DNA of 64,000 nucleotides from Thermoplasmata archaeon. GTDB taxonomy: Archaea; Thermoplasmatota; Thermoplasmata; GCA-020350865. The stretch's first letter is position 1. Every line of letters begins with the position of its first letter. The stretch spans positions 3,758,495-3,822,494 of the forward strand of contig CP070751.1 in NCBI GenBank assembly GCA_020348445.1. Reading direction: 5' to 3'. This document shows positions 57,217 through 64,000 of the stretch, piece by piece. The notes beneath the pieces are model-generated. The model was given only the letters and a program-made list of their open reading frames with translations. It did not search any database and was not told where the DNA came from. Both the position numbers and the translations under genes were made by a program.

Positions 57217-58530
57217 TTACGGCATCATCCTGGTCATGGTCCTTGGGAAAGGAATGGCATCCTTGATGTTGGGAATACCGCATATCCACATTATGAGCCT
57301 CTCCATTCCAAGACCGTACCCTGAATGTGGAATCGAGCCATATTTTCTCGTATCAAAGTAGAATTTATAGTCTGAGGGGGACTCCCCGTCCTTTTCTAGG
57401 TATTTTTTCAGCTCATCAATATCGGTATCCCTCTCTGAACCACCGATCAATTCACCGTAACCCTCGGGAGCAAGCATGTCAAAGCACTTGGCCACAGGTC
57501 CGGGGGCATCAGCATCGGAATCAACTGGTTTGTAGAAGGCCATAACGTCCTTGGGATAATGTGTCACAACAACCGGGGTATCGAAATGCTTCATGAGTTC
57601 GTCTTCCTCTACTGTCCGAAGATCCTTTCCCCAGGGAATCTCATGTCCGCTTTTTTCCTTGAGGATTTCAAGGGCGTTGGTGTAGGTTAAGGTGGGGAAG
57701 GGTTTTTCCAACGAGACCTTTAATTTCGATTTGTCCCTCTCTAGGATATCCAATTCCCCTTGATTCTTGTCCAGGACTTCCTTGACTATGAATTTCACTT
57801 CCTCCTTGGCAACCTCAGTGCACTCCTCAAGTTCCATCCAGGCCGCCTCCATCTCCGCCATCCAGAACTCGCACAGATGTCTTGATGTCTTGGATTTCTC
57901 GGCCCTAAACGTTGGTCCCACATCGTAAACCTTCTCAAGGGCGAATATGGCGGCCTCGGCATAAAGCTGCCAGGACTGGGAAAGGTAGGTTTGGGTGTCA
58001 TAGTACTTGACCTCAAAAAGTGTGGCCCCGCCTTCACTTTGCATGGGCTGGAAAATCGGGGGTGTGAATTCATAATATCCCCTTTCCCGAAAGAACTGAT
58101 GAATGGCTCCAGTTACCGTACTTCTGATCTTCATCATGGCCGTTATCTTTCGAGAGCGCAGCCACAGATGCCTGTTGTCCCTAAGGAACTCCTCGCTTTG
58201 ATCCTTTGTGATGGGAAAAGTCTCGGCAAAACCAACAACATCGAAGCTTTTTGCCTGGATTTCGAACCCGCCTGGGGCTCTTTTGTCTTCCTTTACCGTA
58301 CCTTTTACGATTACAGAGGATTCCACAAGAGCGCGTTTTGCATTCTCGAAATCGGTGTCATCAACTGATCCTTTTATCACGGTGGTTTGAAGGATCCCAG
58401 TATGATCTCGAATTTGTGCAAATACGATCTTGCCGCTGCTTCGAATTCGGTAAATCCAACCCCTGACCTCCACCTCTTTTTCTATACATTGGCCTTTTAA
58501 TATTTCTTCTATTGATGTCCAACTCTGCAT
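57217..58530 (-). CDS. asnS: asparagine--tRNA ligase
   Basis: RGWIYRIRSSGK OB-fold; YLSQSWQLYAE; FRAEKSKTSRHLCEFWMAE; ELIGGSER; HSGYGLGMERL. Confidence 0.93.
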   Translation of the reverse strand: MQSWTSIEEILKGQCIEKEVEVRGWIYRIRSSGKIVFAQIRDHTGILQTTVIKGSVDDTDFENAKRALVESSVIVKGTVKEDKRAPGGFEIQAKSFDVVGFAETFPITKDQSEEFLRDNRHLWLRSRKITAMMKIRSTVTGAIHQFFRERGYYEFTPPIFQPMQSEGGATLFEVKYYDTQTYLSQSWQLYAEAAIFALEKVYDVGPTFRAEKSKTSRHLCEFWMAEMEAAWMELEECTEVAKEEVKFIVKEVLDKNQGELDILERDKSKLKVSLEKPFPTLTYTNALEILKEKSGHEIPWGKDLRTVEEDELMKHFDTPVVVTHYPKDVMAFYKPVDSDADAPGPVAKCFDMLAPEGYGELIGGSERDTDIDELKKYLEKDGESPSDYKFYFDTRKYGSIPHSGYGLGMERLIMWICGIPNIKDAIPFPRTMTRMMP

Positions 58531-58596
58531 GAGACTACGATCCCTGTTGAGATGGCTAGGAAATGTATAATACCGCATATATTCATTTTGGTGTCC

Positions 58597-59097
58597 ATGA
58601 AATTCGGGATTGTTGTGTGTCCATGGTGTATAACAGCAAGGGGGGTGAGGCTTGAGGCAAAAACAGCTTTATGTCCAAAATGTGGAAAGAGGATGAATTT
58701 GAAAAAAACAAGGATTATTTGTGAGGTGAATTCAGAAAAAGAAGTTGCATTCGCCGTGATGAAGCATAATACTAAACTCAAGGGCGGGGAGGAAATATAT
58801 GCCAGAGACTTACGACTTCTGGGTGAAAAAGAAGCTGATGATATCTTGGGTGAATCTCAGGACATCTACCTTGAAGTGATTAAAAAAATAAGCCAAATAA
58901 GAGGCAGGGATAGGAGGATAGAGGCTGCGGTGAGGGAGTTGTGCCGTAGATTGGATGGATTCACTGAGGATGATTTAGCTGAAGTGCTCAAACAAATCGG
59001 GATTATCAAAAACCATGATTGTAGTGAATATATCGATAGGTTGATGGCTGATAATGTGATATACCGGCCAAAAAACGGGATTTATAAATGTTTATAG
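58597..59097 (+). CDS. conserved archaeal zinc-ribbon protein with C-terminal wHTH-like region
   Basis: VVCPWC...CPKCG; C-terminal LMADNVIYRPKNGIYK. Confidence 0.7.
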   Translation: MKFGIVVCPWCITARGVRLEAKTALCPKCGKRMNLKKTRIICEVNSEKEVAFAVMKHNTKLKGGEEIYARDLRLLGEKEADDILGESQDIYLEVIKKISQIRGRDRRIEAAVRELCRRLDGFTEDDLAEVLKQIGIIKNHDCSEYIDRLMADNVIYRPKNGIYKCL

Positions 59098-59099
59098 GT

Positions 59100-60353
59100 T
59101 TATCTCTTACGAAGATGTTTTTTTCTCCGTAATATCAAGGCTGTGATTAAAATAGCGGACACTACCAACATACCTTCAAATCCGGGTACCTTTTCATCCA
59201 TGGGCCTTCCTTCCTCACTGATCCTAGTGGTTTTTGAGGAAGTTTTCAAACTTAGGGTTGTGTAGGTCTCTGAAGATAGGTAATTGCTGCCATTGAATAG
59301 GTAATAATAATCTTCCAGATGATCACCATTTCCGTCACTTTCCCATTCTGTGAATCGAAATGAATCCCTGAATAGGAAATGATCGTTTACAATATCTATA
59401 TTATACCAGTAAACCTCGCCTGAGTAATGAGGAATGTAAGTTTTGATCCAGGCATGACCTCCCCACTCTTCCTGTTTCTGGTTGTAAAGTGCTCCAAATT
59501 CAAGCTTGCAGGGTATACCTGCTGCTCTGGCCAATGAGATGAAAAGCACGGATTGATCATCACAATCTCCAAACCTGTCCTTAAGTGTCTGATAGCAGAC
59601 TTTAGGCTCTCCGATGTTGCTGGTTACGTATTCAAAATGATCGTTCATATAATCAAATATAGCCCAAAGTTTATCATATACCGTGACTTTGCCACCAGTC
59701 AATTGGTTGGACAGGTCTTTTATCTCAGGGTCAGTGGGTAGAATCTTCCATTCATCTCTGGTTTTGTTGCCGAATTTGTCGATTAGATTCTGAGAATAAT
59801 CATTAACGGAACCAGAATCACTTGAATCCATTGTCCATATGGCATTCTCGGTGCGCATGGAATATACTATAGTTATCTTTTTCTCTGATGTGATATCGGA
59901 ACCGTTCCAGAACATCCACATATAATTCCCAGAGTAATAATCCTTGGTGTCCTCGTATGGTGTTGGATATTTTTCAATACCCCTAATAGATTGAATGATG
60001 GTTTCATTTGATCCAATATTCTGAGGTGTGGGTATATCGACCTCGTAATTCATGGGTGAACCGCGATTTCTTGGTGTCACGGTAATCTCTCTTTCCACCT
60101 CAAATTCGGCCCATTCTGGGTACTCCCGATAGCCCCCAACCTCAGGGGAGAATGCACTTTTTACAGCGTCCCGAAAACCAGCATCCAGTAGTATTAAAAG
60201 GAGGAGGATGATAACCGCAAGAATCACGATTGTGCTTATTATCTCCCCAACACGCCTTCGAGGCATTCGAGATTTTTTCTTTTTATCGTAGTATGCGTAA
60301 TCTTCCTCATATGTCTCGGTGGTGGCCTCTGTTGGTTGATTGGAGTTCGCCAT
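59100..60353 (-). CDS. transglutaminase-like domain membrane protein with PGF-CTERM-like tail
   Basis: GDCDDQSVLFISLARAAGIP, HAW and NID triad pattern; N-terminal TM; VPGFE + TM + basic tail. Confidence 0.85.
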   Translation of the reverse strand: MANSNQPTEATTETYEEDYAYYDKKKKSRMPRRRVGEIISTIVILAVIILLLLILLDAGFRDAVKSAFSPEVGGYREYPEWAEFEVEREITVTPRNRGSPMNYEVDIPTPQNIGSNETIIQSIRGIEKYPTPYEDTKDYYSGNYMWMFWNGSDITSEKKITIVYSMRTENAIWTMDSSDSGSVNDYSQNLIDKFGNKTRDEWKILPTDPEIKDLSNQLTGGKVTVYDKLWAIFDYMNDHFEYVTSNIGEPKVCYQTLKDRFGDCDDQSVLFISLARAAGIPCKLEFGALYNQKQEEWGGHAWIKTYIPHYSGEVYWYNIDIVNDHFLFRDSFRFTEWESDGNGDHLEDYYYLFNGSNYLSSETYTTLSLKTSSKTTRISEEGRPMDEKVPGFEGMLVVSAILITALILRRKKHLRKR

Positions 60354-60581
60354 CGATGGATTATAAGATTTTGGGGGGTATTAATGTTTCGGTTTTTATA
60401 TTATTTTTGAAATTTAACGTTTGGATGGCCTTGAGGTGAATTGAGTATGTGCGAAATTATTATAAATTCTCAGAATTTGATGTCAGACATTTTGTCAGAA
60501 AATTTTATATATAAAGATTCCCATTACCTTATACCTTTCTTTTGTGAAAAAGGATGGGAATAAAAGGGATGGTGATGTAAA

Positions 60582-61028
60582 ATGATACCAGTATTTGTAG
60601 CAATCGGCGTAGTTATAGCAGGCCTGGCTATAACAACGACTTACGTCGCACTAGAGGTACAAAAGAAGATGAAAAATAGTGAGGACATGGATTTTAGGTG
60701 CCCGGAATGTGGAGCATCTGTGGATGGAGCTGTGGATGTCTGCCCAGAATGCAGAGCCGAGTTCAAGGAAGGAGAGTTTGAATGCCCAGTTTGCGGCTCG
60801 GCTGTAACGGCGGACACCAAATTATGCGTAATGTGTAATGAAAGATTCGAAGAGGAAGAAATTTTCGAATGCCCGCACTGTGGTACACCAATACCTCCAG
60901 ACACAGTAGTATGCGAGAGATGCGACGAGGAGTTTTGGAGCCCAATCAAGCCGGCTATAGTGGAAGTTGAGCCATTAACGGAAACGGAGGAGAGCGAAGA
61001 GACTGTAGGCGAAGGTGCTCCTTCCTAA
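60582..61028 (+). CDS. TM-anchored multi zinc-ribbon protein
   Basis: N-terminal TM; six CxxC pairs; acidic tail. Confidence 0.8.
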   Translation: MIPVFVAIGVVIAGLAITTTYVALEVQKKMKNSEDMDFRCPECGASVDGAVDVCPECRAEFKEGEFECPVCGSAVTADTKLCVMCNERFEEEEIFECPHCGTPIPPDTVVCERCDEEFWSPIKPAIVEVEPLTETEESEETVGEGAPS

Positions 61029-61042
61029 AATTATTTTTTTGT

Positions 61043-62032
61043 TTATATCGTTTCCTTGATAATACGAACGACATTCTTGTCAGACCCGCACCTAGGACAT
61101 CTTGTAGTGTAAACTACAGACACAAAAGTACCGCACTTCGAATCTCCTCTGCATAAGATCTCATAGAACACTTCGGTATCTTCTTCCAGGCTTTCATAAA
61201 AAAGTATTTTTCCAGAAGCGAAAACCAAAGCGAATCCCTTTCCATCTCTTGTAAGTGCAAGCTTACAAATCGTATCCTTTATGCTTTGTTTCCAGATAAC
61301 TTCACCCTGATCATTTAGGGAAATTAGCATATTGTCCCTGGTGGATGCCACGACATCTCCTGTTTCTTCACATATATCCATGGCATTTATCTGGTTTTCT
61401 AAATCCTGCTCCCACCTCGTATTTCCATCTTTATCAAGAACATGAATTATATTATCATAGGCTATTGATATGTTATCCCCATCAGGTGATATTGCCAAAT
61501 CAACTATTTTTCCCTTAAAAATTCTATTCCACAACACCTTCCCTTCGTAATCGATGCAGAAAAAAATGTTATTGCTGGATGACGCAAATGATAAATCGCC
61601 CTTATCAGAAATCGCACATTTTTGGATTTCCCCACCCAAAATAGCCTTCCAAAGCACTGTTTTATCGTCTTTCAGGTTGTAAAGGGTACCATCATAAGAA
61701 CCGGCAAGGACACTTTTTCCTAAATCAGAATAATGGATTGTGGATGCTGGGCCCCTAGTATCAGATTCCCATAGGTGCTCTCCGCTTCTATCAAGGCACA
61801 ATATTTTTGAGTTGGATGAAGCAACAAATGTGTACTTACCATCCCCTGTAACTGCTACACCCATGGCCTGACCGTCAATATCGGAAATCCATTGGCTCTT
61901 TCCTATCAAATCGAAACATTGAATTTTCCCATCTTTTGTACCGAGAATTGTTAAGCCAGTGCGCTTGGCTATTTTAACATCTAGCACTTCCTCGTCAATG
62001 TTATGCTCCCATATCACCTTCAGATTGACCAT
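61043..62032 (-). CDS. WD40/PQQ-like beta-propeller with C-terminal zinc ribbon
   Basis: Repeated LW/xW blades; CRGDSKC...CPRCG; ATG 62032 after GGTGA. Confidence 0.75.
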   Translation of the reverse strand: MVNLKVIWEHNIDEEVLDVKIAKRTGLTILGTKDGKIQCFDLIGKSQWISDIDGQAMGVAVTGDGKYTFVASSNSKILCLDRSGEHLWESDTRGPASTIHYSDLGKSVLAGSYDGTLYNLKDDKTVLWKAILGGEIQKCAISDKGDLSFASSSNNIFFCIDYEGKVLWNRIFKGKIVDLAISPDGDNISIAYDNIIHVLDKDGNTRWEQDLENQINAMDICEETGDVVASTRDNMLISLNDQGEVIWKQSIKDTICKLALTRDGKGFALVFASGKILFYESLEEDTEVFYEILCRGDSKCGTFVSVVYTTRCPRCGSDKNVVRIIKETI

Positions 62033-62099
62033 AGAATCTCTCACCACATCGTTCTTCTTTCAATGAACTATAAAAAGCAAAGGCGACATTTTGAACATT

Positions 62100-63458
62100 T
62101 CAGGATTTCTTTATAATATCTGCTATGATCTTCTTGTTCTCCTCTGCTATTTCTTCTGCCTTCTTAACATCTTTTGCCTCGGCAAATATCCGGTAAATGG
62201 GTTCGGTGCCCGAGGGTCTCACCAAAACCCAGGAATCTTCTGAAAGGATCTTAACACCGTCTGTTAAATCCACCTTCTCGCTCTTTATTCTTTTTGCGAA
62301 CTCCTTTAGGGCGGATTCTTTCTTCTCATTTGGGCAGACAACCTTTGTTTTGTAGAGATGGTACTTGGGTAATTCAGCTATGAGGTCCGATAGTGGTTTT
62401 TTCTGCTTTGCTATAATCTCAACTACCTTTGCGGCAGCCATTCCACCGTCCCGACAGAACTGGTGTTTAGGAAATATGAGACCACCATTCTCCTCTCCGC
62501 CAAATATCGCATTCGTTTCCATCATCTTTCTTGCTACGATGGGAGAACCCACTTTAGTGTATATTATCTCGCCGTGATTGTCTTTCACAACATCGTCCAT
62601 AGCCAAGGAGGATGCCACAGTTGTTACTATTACTCCTCCATTATTCTCCCTTAGTAACTCTCTTGTCACCAAGGCCAATATTCTGTCCCCGTAAAGATAG
62701 TTACCCTTTTCGTCGATTATGATGGTCCTGTCAGCATCACCATCGTGGGCTATGCCCAAATCTGCGCCGAAGTTCACAGTTGCTTCGATTAAATCCTTGA
62801 GATTTTCAGGGGTGGGTTCAGATTCGTGGCCAGGAAATGTTCCTTGCGGGTGTGCATTCAGTGTAACGACTTTACACCCCATCCTCTCAAGAAGGTAGGG
62901 TGAGACAAGGCTTCCTGCTCCGTTGCCGCAGTCTAAAACCACCTTTAGGTCTGCAGATTTCGTGGCCTCGGAATCAATATTTTTAATCACGCCTTTGATA
63001 TAATCCTCTATTGCATTCGCATCTTGTGTTACCCCCCCTATCTTGTCCCATGGTACCCTCTCGAATGACTTGTTGAAATAGAGTGCCTCGATTTCCTCCT
63101 CTTTTTTTCTTGACAATTCTGTTCCGTCGCAATCAACACACTTGATACCATTGAAGTTAGGTGGGTTGTGGGAGGCAGTTATCACAATTCCGTGATCAAC
63201 ATCAGTTAGCTTTACATGGTATTGTAAAACAGGTGTTGGTGCGCAACCCAAATCCACAACACTGCAACCTGTGGACAGAAGACCTGATATTACACCACTT
63301 TTAAGCATCTCATTGGAAGTTCTAGTATCTGTGGCAATGGCCACCTTACCCCCAGCAAGCCAAGTACCTATTGCACTACCGAGATTCGAAGCTAGGTATA
63401 TGTTCATGTCCTCGTTTACCACACCTCTTACACCGTTTGTACCAAACAGTCTAGGCAT
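62100..63458 (-). CDS. glmM: phosphoglucosamine mutase / phosphomannomutase
   Basis: LFGTNGVRG, ITASHNP, DGDADR, GGEENGG, VRPSGTEP. Confidence 0.9.
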   Translation of the reverse strand: MPRLFGTNGVRGVVNEDMNIYLASNLGSAIGTWLAGGKVAIATDTRTSNEMLKSGVISGLLSTGCSVVDLGCAPTPVLQYHVKLTDVDHGIVITASHNPPNFNGIKCVDCDGTELSRKKEEEIEALYFNKSFERVPWDKIGGVTQDANAIEDYIKGVIKNIDSEATKSADLKVVLDCGNGAGSLVSPYLLERMGCKVVTLNAHPQGTFPGHESEPTPENLKDLIEATVNFGADLGIAHDGDADRTIIIDEKGNYLYGDRILALVTRELLRENNGGVIVTTVASSLAMDDVVKDNHGEIIYTKVGSPIVARKMMETNAIFGGEENGGLIFPKHQFCRDGGMAAAKVVEIIAKQKKPLSDLIAELPKYHLYKTKVVCPNEKKESALKEFAKRIKSEKVDLTDGVKILSEDSWVLVRPSGTEPIYRIFAEAKDVKKAEEIAEENKKIIADIIKKS

Positions 63459-63489
63459 TTTCACTCACCTGCATCATTTCATTGTAGTA

Positions 63490-64000
63490 TCAGTTTCTGT
63501 GAAATAAAGATTTCTTAAGTTTTATCCCATTTTCAGGGCAGAGTTCGTAGCAGCAGTAGCATCTAATGCATTTTTCGTATTGGAAAGCTGGAGTGTCAAT
63601 GACCTTGATGGCTGAGACAGGGCAACTCTCCTCGCAAATTCCGCATTTGTTGCACCCTTCTACATTGGGAAATGGAAGCCTCGGTGTTTGCACAAAGAAA
63701 TTTCTTACAGATGCTGGTAGGAACATAAGGCCCTTGTAGATCCTGACAGGCTTTTTAAAATCGGTTTTTACAGCATCGATTCTCTCGCCTTTTATCGTTA
63801 TTTTATTAAGGTCTATTGTTCCCAAGCCACGATTTTGTGCAATTTTCAGTGTCGGTATCTCATTGGGTGAATAACCCATAATAGTGCTTCCCACTGCATC
63901 AATGGCAATACAGTCTTGGCTAGCAAGAACAACGTTGCTTTTCTTGGGTTTACCATGATTTGGACCAATTCCTTCCATACCAACGATTCCATCCATCAAT
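63490..64000 (-). CDS. DUF362 domain + 4Fe-4S dicluster protein (5' end outside the window)
   Basis: MDGIVGMEGIGP...LASQDCIAIDAV; CNKCGICEESCP, CIRCYCCYELCP. Confidence 0.85.
   Translation of the reverse strand, partial: LMDGIVGMEGIGPNHGKPKKSNVVLASQDCIAIDAVGSTIMGYSPNEIPTLKIAQNRGLGTIDLNKITIKGERIDAVKTDFKKPVRIYKGLMFLPASVRNFFVQTPRLPFPNVEGCNKCGICEESCPVSAIKVIDTPAFQYEKCIRCYCCYELCPENGIKLKKSLFHRN

Overview
Archaeal genomic DNA, most likely an anaerobic, non-methanogenic Thermoplasmata-like organism. This is inferred from GGAGGTGA Shine-Dalgarno sites, TATA boxes, U-tract terminators, an archaeal AsnRS, a PGF-CTERM-like tail and GWNL-repeat surface proteins. From left to right the window holds: an AT-rich accessory segment (BchE-like B12 radical SAM enzyme, zinc-ribbon and membrane ORFs, degenerate JAMM/MPN protein, RelE toxin-antitoxin pair, 7-blade propeller surface protein); [NiFe]-hydrogenase maturation genes (hypC-hypA-hypD, hypE, maturation protease, two SlyD-type FKBPs); a group 3c-type MvhGA hydrogenase; and housekeeping genes at the right end (TrmB regulator, asnS, transglutaminase-like protein, glmM/PMM, DUF362). 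The dominant feature is a ~33 kb minus-strand array (19753-52696). It has 9 HdrA-family ORFs and 8 MvhD domains, five of which carry a ~130-aa extension ending in a winged-helix-like domain. It also has 4 copies of an unrecognised ~100-aa Cx2Cx7Cx4C protein, one HdrD-like CCG protein and one FrhB-like protein, but no hdrB or hdrC. The array looks like a tandemly amplified HdrA/MvhD-wHTH/small-Cys-protein cassette in two transcription units, and it is the best candidate here for an undescribed system. At least two array genes appear to need non-canonical start codons (ATA, CTG). No tRNA, rRNA, CRISPR array or transposase was seen. All family assignments come from motif recognition by eye; no database search was run.
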